Assembly: GCA_035552215.1 (NCBI GenBank)
Contig: DASZLV010000166.1
Span: forward strand, 11,306 to 75,305
DNA: 64,000 bases
Source of the DNA: Solirubrobacteraceae bacterium
GTDB taxonomy: Bacteria; Actinomycetota; Thermoleophilia; Solirubrobacterales; Solirubrobacteraceae
Reading direction: 5' to 3'
Every line of letters starts with the position of its first letter. Position 1 is the first letter of the stretch. The notes below the pieces were generated by a model. It had not been told where the DNA came from, did not search any database, and saw only the letters and a program-made list of their open reading frames with translations. The translations under genes were made by a program, and so were the position numbers. Shown piece by piece: positions 27,862 through 37,287 of the stretch.

Positions 27862-28989
27862 ATGCACCTCAGGAAACTTGCGTCCAGTGCGGCGCTCGTC
27901 GTCTTCGCTGCTCTGTTCGTCGCAGCATGCGGCAGTAGCAGCAGTACTACAAGCACCTCGAACGTGACCGCGGCGTCCTCTCCCGGGTACGCCCAGGCCA
28001 AAGCGGACTTCGCCAAGTTCATGACCGCTCAAGGACTACAGGGACTTCCCAAGATCGGCAAGCCGATCCCGACGGGCAAGAACATCGATTTCGTCATCTG
28101 CGGGCCTGCTGAGTGCGTCCCACCCTCGACTGATTTCACCCAGGCGGCAACGATCCTCGGGTGGCACGTCAAGGTAATCAACGGTGGGATCGACCCGGCC
28201 AAGAACCAGGCGGCCATGGCCCAGACGGTCCGGGACCACCCCGATGCAGTCATCTTCGAGGGCCTCGACTCCGCCGTCTTCAAGCCGCAGCTGGCCGCGC
28301 TGAAGGCGGCGCACATCCCGGTTATCGCCTGGCAGACCACCGATATCCCCAACCCGCCTGACTTCCTCGTGATTCCGCCCGCTACCAACGAGCACTACAA
28401 GCTCATTACCAAGATGGCGGCAGCCGCCGCAATGGTCGCGGCCAACGGAAAGCCCAATGTCGGCGCGGTAATCATCCCCGCCTTTCCCATCACCAACGTC
28501 CTGGCGGCCGATTTCAAAGCTGCCTACAAGACCTACTGCCCCTCCTGCAAGCTGACCTTCTACGACATGCCGGTTGCCTCGCTCGGCGTCGATGCCACCG
28601 CCCGCGCCGTCAACTTCGTACGCGCGAACCCCGGCATCAACGTGCTCGTCATGGACGGTCAGGACTCCGTGTCCCTCGGCCTGAAGGCCCAGCTCGCGGC
28701 CGCAGGGCTATCAAACATAAAGGACATCGGGGTCTACCCGGGCACGGGCAACCTTCCGAACCTGGCCAGCGGCGCCGAGTTCGCGCTCATTCCGGATCCG
28801 TTCGTGGAGATGGGATTCCTCGATGCTGACGCGCTGGCGCGCCTCTTCACCGGGCAGTCGCCACTACCCGATATGCAGACGACGACGCCGGCTGTGATCT
28901 GGACCAGCAGCAACCTGCCGTCGGCGACGACCCAGGCACCGACTGTGGCCAACTATCTCGCGACCTTCAAGGCGCTGTGGGCGAAGTAA
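27862..28989 (+). CDS. ABC substrate-binding lipoprotein (periplasmic binding protein type I)
   Basis: Lipobox VAAC, Ser/Thr linker, and position after the permease. Confidence 0.88.
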   Translation: MHLRKLASSAALVVFAALFVAACGSSSSTTSTSNVTAASSPGYAQAKADFAKFMTAQGLQGLPKIGKPIPTGKNIDFVICGPAECVPPSTDFTQAATILGWHVKVINGGIDPAKNQAAMAQTVRDHPDAVIFEGLDSAVFKPQLAALKAAHIPVIAWQTTDIPNPPDFLVIPPATNEHYKLITKMAAAAAMVAANGKPNVGAVIIPAFPITNVLAADFKAAYKTYCPSCKLTFYDMPVASLGVDATARAVNFVRANPGINVLVMDGQDSVSLGLKAQLAAAGLSNIKDIGVYPGTGNLPNLASGAEFALIPDPFVEMGFLDADALARLFTGQSPLPDMQTTTPAVIWTSSNLPSATTQAPTVANYLATFKALWAK

Positions 28990-29022
28990 GCATTCCCTGA
29001 GACCTGGACCGATCCGACGTCC

Positions 29023-29060
29023 TTCGGCCGCAACTCGTTTTGCTACGAGTTGCGGCCGAA
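29023..29060. terminator. perfect 16-bp stem hairpin between convergent genes
   Basis: TTCGGCCGCAACTCGT-tttgct-ACGAGTTGCGGCCGAA. Confidence 0.8.
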
Positions 29061-29069
29061 CCGTTTCCG

Positions 29070-30824
29070 CTAAGCGCTCTCCGAGACCGGAATGATCGGA
29101 AGGATGATGCGAGATGGCCTGAGGGCGTCGTGGTAGATGCGCTGCCGGGCAAGCCCGCCGGTGGTCGCCCTCAGCGGGTCTTCCTCGGTATTGAAGTTCC
29201 GGGCGTATTTGGGGAAACTCGCGCTCGCGATCTCGACGCGAATGCGGTGCCCGGCTTTGAAGAGGTTACTCGTGGCCCAGAGGTCGATCTCGAGTTCCAT
29301 GATCTCGTCAGGCTCGACAAAGGTGGGATCCGTCGTGGACTCGCGGTATCGGGCTCGCACGATTCCCTCGCACAGGTTCTGAGCGAACCCGTCCGGGTGC
29401 ACATCCACGAGCTTGGCGGTGAAGTCGGTGTCGCGGGCGCTCGTGGAGGCGTAGAGGACGACGCGGACCGGACCGGTGACTTCAATCGGAGTATCGAGCT
29501 GATACGTCGAAAAGACGAGCACATCTCGTCGTTCCTCGATCTGACCTTGATCAAAGGCCCCGGCCGGAGTGTCAATCGGCCAGCAGCACATGCAGCCGCC
29601 TCGCGTCGGCGTGGGATCCCAGGGATCGTAGACGTAGGTGTCGCTGGCCTCGTCATCCGGAGGCATCTCGAGCGCGAGCCGGCCGTCGCCGTGACGGGTG
29701 TTGGCGTCACCGGCGCCGCGGAAAAAGTATTCGGTCCAGCTTGTGCGCTCGAGCGGCCACTCGTGCTCATCTCGCCAGGCATTTGCGCCCATGACGAAAA
29801 GGCGCACGGGCGGCTCGCTCATGATGCCGTCGTCGATGCCTTTGAGCCAATAATCGAACCAGCGCAGCTGGACGCTATCCCAATCGATACTCGCCGCCGC
29901 GCCGAACTCGACGTCGCCCGAGCGCGTGGGAAACGGCGGGGCCCAATGGATCCACGGGCCCAGGGTGAGTCGCTGATTCGCGCGTGCGAGCTCGCTACCC
30001 CCTCGGCTGCGCATGCCCGCGAAATTCTGCAGCGTCCCGTCCAAGAAGACGTCGTACCAGCCGGCCATGTGATGTACGGGGACGGTGACCTTGTCATATC
30101 GCGCCTCGGTGTCGAGGTCACGCCAGTAGGAGTCGTAGGTCGGATGCTCCATCCAGTCGTCATAGGAAGGGAACATCGGTGCGACCTCGGGGAAGTCGGC
30201 CACCGGGAGCCGGCCGAACACCGCCCCCATGTCTCCGACGCCTTCGACGAGCCGTCCCAGTGCTGCCGCTCGCTCCCCCTCGGGCAGGCGCTGCACCGAT
30301 CCGAAGGAGAGGAAGGTGAGGGCCCAGCTCTTGCAGAACGCGAGCTCGAGGACGCCTGAGCGGTAGGTCCAGTTCCTAAAGAAGCTGGACGCCGTCATGC
30401 CGGGAAAGATGCAGACCAGGTGAGGCGGAGCCTTTACCGCCGCCAGCCACTGCACGGCACCCACGTAGGAGATCCCGTACAGACCGACCCTTCCGTTGGC
30501 CCACGGCTGAGCGGCCGCCCACTCGACGCTGTCGTAGCCGTCATCGCCCGAGTCGAGGAAGACCCGGAAGTCTCCCTCTGATTCGTATCGTCCCCGTTCG
30601 TCTTGGATCACGACCGCGTATCCATTGCTGGCAGCACGGATCGGGTCTAGGAGACCGGGCCCGACGGGAGTCACCGGCGGCGGCTGGATGGCCCCTTTGT
30701 TGTACGCGCACCGCTGCAAGAGGACCGGATGACGTCCGTCGCCGGCAGGGCGGTAGACGTCGGCGCGAAGGATCGTCCCGTCTCTCATGGGGACGTCAAC
30801 GTCCCTGTCAACGACCAGCTCCAC
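29070..30824 (-). CDS. CocE/NonD family serine hydrolase
   Basis: MRDGTILRADVYRP, RGRYESEG, GISY, GWYD and GPWIH motifs. Confidence 0.93.
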   Translation of the reverse strand: MELVVDRDVDVPMRDGTILRADVYRPAGDGRHPVLLQRCAYNKGAIQPPPVTPVGPGLLDPIRAASNGYAVVIQDERGRYESEGDFRVFLDSGDDGYDSVEWAAAQPWANGRVGLYGISYVGAVQWLAAVKAPPHLVCIFPGMTASSFFRNWTYRSGVLELAFCKSWALTFLSFGSVQRLPEGERAAALGRLVEGVGDMGAVFGRLPVADFPEVAPMFPSYDDWMEHPTYDSYWRDLDTEARYDKVTVPVHHMAGWYDVFLDGTLQNFAGMRSRGGSELARANQRLTLGPWIHWAPPFPTRSGDVEFGAAASIDWDSVQLRWFDYWLKGIDDGIMSEPPVRLFVMGANAWRDEHEWPLERTSWTEYFFRGAGDANTRHGDGRLALEMPPDDEASDTYVYDPWDPTPTRGGCMCCWPIDTPAGAFDQGQIEERRDVLVFSTYQLDTPIEVTGPVRVVLYASTSARDTDFTAKLVDVHPDGFAQNLCEGIVRARYRESTTDPTFVEPDEIMELEIDLWATSNLFKAGHRIRVEIASASFPKYARNFNTEEDPLRATTGGLARQRIYHDALRPSRIILPIIPVSESA

Positions 30825-30874
30825 GATGCCGCCCTTCGTCGGATTTATGGAGTCCCCGGGTGCGCGTGAAAGCT

Positions 30875-30888
30875 ACCAATCGATCGGT
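30875..30888. promoter_or_regulatory. TetR operator ACCAATCGATCGGT upstream of CocE
   Basis: Extended palindrome CTACCAATCGATCGGTAG. Confidence 0.85.
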
Positions 30889-30965
30889 AGGCTGTCAACC
30901 GTCGCAGGTGGCGGCCGTAACTCGCCGTGTCCGTGGTCAGAGCACGTTAGGACTACGTTGGATCT

Positions 30966-31007
30966 ACCAAGCGGTCGTTTGCTTTTTGCGCGCCCCCGGG
31001 CTACGCT
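30966..31007 (+). promoter_or_regulatory. double operator overlapping the promoter TTGCTT-N17-TACGCT of the second binding protein
   Basis: Copy of the 25076 element. Confidence 0.75.
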
Positions 31008-31197
31008 TCTCAATGGCGCTCGTTCGAGCCAGAACCGGCGCCGCAGAGGAGACGGGACGTGGCACATGCCCGAAGTCGTGATCACTGATCTAAGGGCCCG
31101 CCGGGGCGAGCGGTTCACAGGCGCATGCCGGCTGGATGCCTATATCTCGATGTAAGCGCGCCGTGTATAACGACCCCCACACAGGAGGAGAGACTCG

Positions 31198-32346
31198 ATG
31201 CGACTAAGGCGATGCGTGTTCAGCGCGCCGCTCTTCGTTTGCGCTGCTCTGTTGATCGCAGCATGCGGCAGCAGCAGCAACACTACGAGTAGCAGTAGCC
31301 AGAGCAGTAACAGTTCCGGCTCGAGCTCGAGCGGAACGTCGAGCGCCGGCTACACCCAAGCACAAGCCGACTTCAAGACGTTCCAGACAGCCCAAGGCCT
31401 GCAGGGGCTGACCCCTGTCGGCAAGCCGATTCCGAGCGGCAAGACTATCGACTTCGTCGTCTGCGGCCCGGCGGAATGCCTGTCGCCCTCGACCGACTTC
31501 ACGAAGGCGGCAACCACGCTCGGCTGGCACGTCAAGGTCATCAACGGCGGGTTGGACCCGGCCTCTAACCAAGCGGCGATGACGCAGGCGGTCCGAGACC
31601 ATCCCGACGCCGTCATCTTCGAAGGGTTGGACTCTGCGGTCTTCCAGCCGCAGCTTGCGCAGCTCCAGGCAGCGAAGATCCCGGTCATTGCCTGGCAGAC
31701 GACGGATACGCCACATCCGCCGAACTTCCTCGTGATCCCCGGCCCGACGCACTATGACCTGGTCACGAAGATGATGGCGGCGGCGGCGATGGTCGCTACC
31801 AACGGCAAGCCGGACGTCGGGTTCGTCTCGGTGCCGGCCTTTCCGATCTATCCGAAGATGATCGACCCGAAGTTCAAGGCGGCGATGAAGGCCTACTGCC
31901 CGACCTGCCAGATCCACGAGTACCCAATGCCCGCGACGGCGCTGGGAAAGAACGCTACGTCACTTGCGGTCAACTTCGCGCGCTCAAATTCGGGCATCAA
32001 CGTCCTCGTCATGGACCAGGACTCAGTGTCGCTGGGTATCGGAGCCCAGCTGAAGAGCGCTGGCCTCGGTAGCGTCAAGGACATCGGTCTGTACCCCAGT
32101 TCGGCGAATCTGCCGAATCTGACCGATGGCTCCGAATTCGCGTTGATTCCGGATCCATTCCTCGAGATGGCGTATCTGGACGCCGACGCACTGTCTCGGA
32201 TTTTCACGGGTCAGTCGCCCGTGCAGGACATGACCACGACAGCGCCGGCGGCGATCTGGACGAAGAGCAACGTTCCCTCCACGACGACCCTGGCCCCCAC
32301 CCTCTCGACCTACCAGTCGGTGTTCGCGAAGCTGTGGGGTAAGTAG
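31198..32346 (+). CDS. ABC substrate-binding lipoprotein, paralogue of 27862..28989
   Basis: Lipobox IAAC; long shared runs such as GWHVKVINGG and RDHPDAVIFEGLDSAVF. Confidence 0.9.
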   Translation: MRLRRCVFSAPLFVCAALLIAACGSSSNTTSSSSQSSNSSGSSSSGTSSAGYTQAQADFKTFQTAQGLQGLTPVGKPIPSGKTIDFVVCGPAECLSPSTDFTKAATTLGWHVKVINGGLDPASNQAAMTQAVRDHPDAVIFEGLDSAVFQPQLAQLQAAKIPVIAWQTTDTPHPPNFLVIPGPTHYDLVTKMMAAAAMVATNGKPDVGFVSVPAFPIYPKMIDPKFKAAMKAYCPTCQIHEYPMPATALGKNATSLAVNFARSNSGINVLVMDQDSVSLGIGAQLKSAGLGSVKDIGLYPSSANLPNLTDGSEFALIPDPFLEMAYLDADALSRIFTGQSPVQDMTTTAPAAIWTKSNVPSTTTLAPTLSTYQSVFAKLWGK

Positions 32347-32355
32347 CAGCGGACT

Positions 32356-32397
32356 CTCTCGGGGCCGGGCTTCCCCAGGGAAGCCCGGTGCCGAGAG
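32356..32397. terminator. GC-rich hairpin between convergent genes
   Basis: CTCTCGGGGCCGGGCTTCC-ccag-GGAAGCCCGGTGCCGAGAG. Confidence 0.72.
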
Positions 32398-32422
32398 CGG
32401 GGCTCGGCCGGCGGAGGGTGCG

Positions 32423-33436
32423 TTACCCCGCCGGTCCGACTCCCGGGTGGGGCCAGAGCCCCGGATGCCCGAACGTCGCCTGAGGCCTGAAGCCGAACTC
32501 CTCGTCGAACTCACGTGGCGCGGCAAAGACCTCGAGCGAGATGCCGTCGGCGTCCGTGATGTAAGTGCCGCCGGAAGGGGGCGGTGGGAGCTCGCTGTGG
32601 TTTGCCTCGTGGCCGTTGGCGGCCAGGCGCGCGATCAGCTCCTCGAGCGAGTCGCGGTCGCGCAACCCGATGGCGATGTTCATGAAGCCCTGGTCGCTGA
32701 GTCGGTAGCCGGGAGGCTTGGGGCGACCCACCGGTTCTTCATACTCCACGACCTCGAGATAGATGTCTCCTCCCCGGGCGACGAAGCTCTTGCGCCGCGC
32801 TCCCTCGAGGCCCCAGAGCGCCTCGAGCTCGGGGGGATGGAGGACGGTCTCGGGTTCGGCGACGAGCCCGACCGTGTCCACATAGAGAGTGCGCGCCCGG
32901 TCCAGGTCGGGTACGGAAACGGCCGCGTAGACCACGGCGGGAACGAGGTCATAGTGGCGGGGCCGGATACCACCGGGCAGCTCCCGCCCCTCCTCCATGA
33001 CCTCGACGACGACCCCTACCTCGGGATCGCGAAAGCACACGCGACGGAGTCCGCCGCAGCTCATCGGCTCGGTCATCGGTTCGACGCCCAGACGGTCAAG
33101 ACGAGCCAGGGCATCGTCGAAGTCGGGGACCGCCAGACCCCAGCGCACCCAGCCATGATCGCTTGCCCGCCAATCGTCGGGGATCGGCCTCTGGCGAGGC
33201 TGGGTGTGGTTGAAGAACTCGAGCTGGAAGTAGTCTTGGCGACCGACCAGCCACCAGAGGATGGTCTCGGCTTCGGTGCCCAGACCCTGCACGCGCGCCA
33301 GCCACTCGCCCCAGAAGGTTCTCCCGCCGGCGTCGGCAAAGCCAAATGCCTCGCAGTAGAGCCGCACGCTCCGAGTCAGGGCGCTGCTGCACAGGGCGAC
33401 CTGGATGATCTTCGGCGCCGGCGTGGCAGCCCGCAT
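32423..33436 (-). CDS. tandem-domain VOC family protein
   Basis: Two glyoxalase-like repeats (QLEFF...DHGW...RDPE; YLEVVEY...DQGF...DADG..LEV). Confidence 0.8.
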   Translation of the reverse strand: MRAATPAPKIIQVALCSSALTRSVRLYCEAFGFADAGGRTFWGEWLARVQGLGTEAETILWWLVGRQDYFQLEFFNHTQPRQRPIPDDWRASDHGWVRWGLAVPDFDDALARLDRLGVEPMTEPMSCGGLRRVCFRDPEVGVVVEVMEEGRELPGGIRPRHYDLVPAVVYAAVSVPDLDRARTLYVDTVGLVAEPETVLHPPELEALWGLEGARRKSFVARGGDIYLEVVEYEEPVGRPKPPGYRLSDQGFMNIAIGLRDRDSLEELIARLAANGHEANHSELPPPPSGGTYITDADGISLEVFAAPREFDEEFGFRPQATFGHPGLWPHPGVGPAG

Positions 33437-33438
33437 GC

Positions 33439-34398
33439 TCAGCCGGCCTGGAGCCGAGCGCTCACCGTCTCGAGCCGGGTGGCTACTGCCTCGAACTCAT
33501 CCCTGATCTGCCCCGGCACGAGCACCCCCGCGGCGTCGGCCCAGGCACCGAGATCCATGATCTCGCTCAGATGCTCGCCGATGTCCTCGGCCGCAGCGGG
33601 CTCCGAGGTGGCGCTCATCCAGCCTCGCGAGAGCGCGAACACCACTCGGGCGTAGCGCCCCCCGAGCGCTGACAGGCACTCGCCGGTCACTTTGCACGCC
33701 GGACTGGCCAGGAACACCACGAGCGGGACCACGTGCTCCGGGCGGAAGCGGCTGTCGACCGCCGCGAACGCGGCCTGGAATCGCTCGTCCTCTCCGAATC
33801 CTGGAATCGGCTCATCGTCCATGATCGTGGTCGCGGCGTTGGGCAGGACGGCGTTGACCAAGATCTTATGCTCGGCACCTTCCAGGGCCAGGGTCCTCGT
33901 CAATCCGATCACGCCCGCCTTGGCCGTCGCGTAGTTGCTCAGACCGGCCATTCCGAAGGAGGTATTCGAGCTGACGTTGACGATACGTCCATACCCCTGC
34001 TCGCGCATCGCCGTGAACGCGCGCTGTGTGACGTGGAAGACCCCCCGAAGGTGGACGTCGAAGATGGCGTCGATCTGCGCCTCGGTGAGCTCTTCGAAGT
34101 AGGCGTTGCGGAGCATGCCGGCATTGTTGATGAGCACGTCAAGCCGTCCGAAGCGATCGAGCGCGTCGGCGATGATCGCCGCCGCCTCGTCCCGCGTCGC
34201 GACCGAGTGCGCTGACGCGATGGCCGTGCCTCCGCCGGCTTCGATCGTGGCCACGACCTGATCCGCGCCCGACTCGGGGAGGTCGTTGACGACGACCTTC
34301 GCACCACGGGCCGCGAGCTCGCGCGCGTACGCCCGCCCTAAGCCACGGGCGGCTCCGGTGACGACGGCCACCTGGCCCGATAGGCAGATCTGCTCCAT
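33439..34398 (-). CDS. SDR oxidoreductase (MFE-2/HSD17B4-like)
   Basis: TGAARGLG, VVVNDL, NNAGMLR and NYATAK motifs. Confidence 0.92.
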   Translation of the reverse strand: MEQICLSGQVAVVTGAARGLGRAYARELAARGAKVVVNDLPESGADQVVATIEAGGGTAIASAHSVATRDEAAAIIADALDRFGRLDVLINNAGMLRNAYFEELTEAQIDAIFDVHLRGVFHVTQRAFTAMREQGYGRIVNVSSNTSFGMAGLSNYATAKAGVIGLTRTLALEGAEHKILVNAVLPNAATTIMDDEPIPGFGEDERFQAAFAAVDSRFRPEHVVPLVVFLASPACKVTGECLSALGGRYARVVFALSRGWMSATSEPAAAEDIGEHLSEIMDLGAWADAAGVLVPGQIRDEFEAVATRLETVSARLQAG

Positions 34399-34456
34399 GG
34401 CGTTCCCCTTCTCGGTTGGAATGGCGCCAGGCTAGCTCGGCCTCCACCGAGCGTCA

Positions 34457-34470
34457 ACCAATCACTTGGT
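34457..34470. promoter_or_regulatory. TetR operator ACCAATCACTTGGT in the divergent SDR/VOC promoter
   Basis: Extended palindrome TCAACCAATCACTTGGTTGA. Confidence 0.85.
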
Positions 34471-34515
34471 TGAAGTTCTAAGATCGCCAGGTCCATCTCG
34501 CCGAGGAGGCCTACC

Positions 34516-34995
34516 CTGCCCACGGATCAGCTCCATCACACCGGCGTGCTCGTGTCCGACCTCGACCGCGCCGCCAGCTTCTACCTGGACGCGTTCGAAG
34601 GGAGGTGGCTGTTCAAACCAGCGGTCAACTCCGGAGAGAGCGCGCAATACGTCTACGGGGGGCCGCCGGACGTGGCCTTCAAGTTCTGCTACATCGGCTT
34701 TCGCTCCGGTGCGGTCGAGCTCACGCAGTTCCTCGGCGCGGCACCGGATTGGGCGCGGCTGCCCACTCGTGTCCGCATGCCCCATTTTGCGCTCGTGGTC
34801 GACGATGTCCCGGACACGGTCGGGCGGGTGGAGCTCGCCGGCGGGCGGGCGCTGTGGCCGGAACCGATCAGCTGGGGCGGCGCGACCGTGATGTACGTCG
34901 CCGACCCCGACGGTAACGCGATCGAACTCTTCGACGTCTCGCTCGAGGAGATCGTCCGGCGCACGATCGAGATGTTCCCGGAGTCGGCGCCATGA
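34516..34995 (+). CDS. VOC family protein (probable CTG start)
   Basis: LHHTGVLVSDL lies upstream of the ORF-track start; GAGGAGG 6 nt before an in-frame CTG; PHFALVVDD and DPDGNAIELF motifs. Confidence 0.82.
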   Translation: MPTDQLHHTGVLVSDLDRAASFYLDAFEGRWLFKPAVNSGESAQYVYGGPPDVAFKFCYIGFRSGAVELTQFLGAAPDWARLPTRVRMPHFALVVDDVPDTVGRVELAGGRALWPEPISWGGATVMYVADPDGNAIELFDVSLEEIVRRTIEMFPESAP

Positions 34996-35076
34996 CCAGC
35001 GGTCGCGACATCACGACATAGGCGAGACGCGGGCGCCTTGACCACGCCTCTCCAGGGACCCTATACTCGAGACGAA

Positions 35077-35094
35077 ATCAACCAATCGGTAGGT
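35077..35094. promoter_or_regulatory. double TetR operator ATCAACCAATCGGTAGGT downstream of promoter TTGACC(35038)-N18-TATACT(35062)
   Basis: Motif match between the -10 element and the RBS. Confidence 0.82.
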
Positions 35095-35121
35095 GGCTAG
35101 TCCACTCGGCTGGAGAGACTA

Positions 35122-37254
35122 ATGGGTTATTTCTGCGGTATTGACATCGGAGGAACTTTCACGGACTGCGTGGTCCTCGACGAGGGCGGCAACATCACGC
35201 TGGCCAAAGTCTCCTCGACACCGCCGGACTTCGCGGTGGGTTTTCTCGATTCCCTCGAAGCTGTGGCCGGGCGCCTCGGCCTCACGGTCGAGGACTTTCT
35301 CAGCCGGACCGACATGCTCCTGCACGGTACGACGGTGGGCACGAACGTCCTCGTTCAGATGAATGGGGCGCGAACGGGCCTGATCACCACGAAGGGCCAC
35401 GGCGACGCGCTCATCATCATGCGCTCGGCCGGCCGCTCAGCCGGGCTGACGATCGAGGAGCTGCTGCACGTCTCCCACCATCGCAAGCCGGACCCGATCG
35501 TTCCCCGTGGCCGCATCAAGGAAGTGTCCGAGCGCACCGATTGGGCTGGCGACGTCGTGCTCGAGCTCAACGAGGACGAGGCGCGCAAGGCGATCCACGA
35601 GCTCGTGGCCGACGGCGTGGAGGCGATCGCGATCAGCTTCCTGTGGGGCTTCGTCAACACCAGCCACGAGGTCCGCGTCAAGGAGCTGGTACGAGAGATC
35701 GCGCCCGACGTGACGATCAGCTGTGCGCACGAATTGATCGCCAAGCCCGGAGAGTACGAGCGGACCGCCGCGGCGGCCATCAATGCGTTCATCGGCCCCG
35801 CCACCTCGAGCTACATCAAGGAAGTCGACCGTGCCACGCAGGCACGCGGTTATCGCAACCCCCTCCTCATCATGCAGGCGGCCGGCGGCGTGGTTCGAGC
35901 GGCCGAGGCGAGCGAGCACCCGCTGTTCACGATCGCGTCCGGCCCCGTCGGGGGCGTCGCCGGGGCCGTCTACCTGGCCGGCCTCCTCGGGCACAGCAAC
36001 GTCATCGCCGCGGACATGGGCGGCACCTCGTTCGACGTGGGCATCGTCGTCGACGGCGAGCCGGTCAGCTCCTCGGAGACGATCATCAACCAGTACACGT
36101 TCTTCATGCCGAGGCTCGATATCGAGTCCATCGGGTCGGGGGGCGGGTCGTTGGTGTGGGTCGACGAGCACACGTCGACGTTGCGCGTCGGACCGCGGAG
36201 CGCCGGCGCCATGCCGGGACCGGTGTGCTACAGCCGGGGCGGGAGCGAGCCGACAGTCACCGACTGCGATGCGATCCTCGGGCGCTACAACCCCGACAAC
36301 TTCCTCGGAGGCGAGCTCAAGCTCGACGCCGAGGCGGCGCATCGCGCTGTCGAGCGCGTGAGCGCGCAGCTGGGCATGGATCCGATCGACGCTGCCGACG
36401 GGGCGTTGCGGATCGTCGAATCGCACATGGCCGATCTCATGCGACAGATGACGGTCGAGCGGGGGCGTGATCCACGCGACTTCGTCATCTACTCCTTCGG
36501 TGGCGCCGGCGCCGCTCACGCCGTCGCCTTCGCCCGCGAGCTCGGCGTCCCCCGCGTGGTCGTGCCCCTCGGCGACCTCGCATCGACGTGGTCGGCTCTG
36601 GGCGTCATGTCCTCCGACGTGCTCCACGTCTACGAGCATTCAGAGCTCATGCTCAGCCCCTTCTCGCACCAGCGTATGAACGAGATCTACGGGACGCTCG
36701 AGGACCGCGCCCGGACGCAGCTACGCGGCGAGGGTTTCGATGACGACGACATCGAACTGAGCCGGATCGCCGAGATGAAGTTCTCGCTTCAGATCCACCA
36801 GGTAGAGGTTCCCGTCCCCGCCGGCGAGCTCACCGACCGGGATGCCGCGGAGCAGATCGACCGCTTCGTCGAGCGCTACGAGCAGATCTACGGCGAGGGC
36901 TCGGGATTCCCGGGCGCGGGCACCCAGATCGGGCTCTACAAGCTGCTCGCTCGCGGCAAGGTCCGCAATCCCGCGCCGCCGAAGCTCGAGTCACGGGAGA
37001 TGGCCCCGCCCACCAGCCGCGACGTCTACTGGCGAGATTTCCGCGAGTTCCGCGCGACGAACGTATACGAGGGACCCTCCCTCTCCCCCGGCTCGCACAT
37101 CGATGGTCCCTCGATCATCGACTACCCGGACACCACCGTGGTCCTCCCGCTCGGCGCCTCGGCCGAAATCGATGAGCTTGGCAACGTCGTCATCGAGGTC
37201 GGAAACGAGCCGGCGCGCTCGGCCTCGGGGATCCACGCGGTCGCCGCCACATGA
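35122..37254 (+). CDS. hydantoinase A/oxoprolinase family ATP-binding subunit (acetone/acetophenone carboxylase-like)
   Basis: GIDIGGTFTD, HGTTVGTN, SGPVGG, DMGGTSFD, SIGSGGGS and GGAG motifs. Confidence 0.93.
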   Translation: MGYFCGIDIGGTFTDCVVLDEGGNITLAKVSSTPPDFAVGFLDSLEAVAGRLGLTVEDFLSRTDMLLHGTTVGTNVLVQMNGARTGLITTKGHGDALIIMRSAGRSAGLTIEELLHVSHHRKPDPIVPRGRIKEVSERTDWAGDVVLELNEDEARKAIHELVADGVEAIAISFLWGFVNTSHEVRVKELVREIAPDVTISCAHELIAKPGEYERTAAAAINAFIGPATSSYIKEVDRATQARGYRNPLLIMQAAGGVVRAAEASEHPLFTIASGPVGGVAGAVYLAGLLGHSNVIAADMGGTSFDVGIVVDGEPVSSSETIINQYTFFMPRLDIESIGSGGGSLVWVDEHTSTLRVGPRSAGAMPGPVCYSRGGSEPTVTDCDAILGRYNPDNFLGGELKLDAEAAHRAVERVSAQLGMDPIDAADGALRIVESHMADLMRQMTVERGRDPRDFVIYSFGGAGAAHAVAFARELGVPRVVVPLGDLASTWSALGVMSSDVLHVYEHSELMLSPFSHQRMNEIYGTLEDRARTQLRGEGFDDDDIELSRIAEMKFSLQIHQVEVPVPAGELTDRDAAEQIDRFVERYEQIYGEGSGFPGAGTQIGLYKLLARGKVRNPAPPKLESREMAPPTSRDVYWRDFREFRATNVYEGPSLSPGSHIDGPSIIDYPDTTVVLPLGASAEIDELGNVVIEVGNEPARSASGIHAVAAT

Positions 37255-37287
37255 CACTTACGCCTTCGAATCCGTTCAGGAGCCCGA

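Noticed and set aside
31046-31155. GAGGAG followed by short ORFs (GTG 31059..31088; ATG 31066..31155) in the leader of the second binding protein
   Set aside because: No recognisable similarity; could be a deletion relic or a uORF, but I cannot support either.
31267-31345. AGC/AGT-rich tandem-like repeat
   Set aside because: Encodes the ordinary Ser-rich linker after the lipobox.
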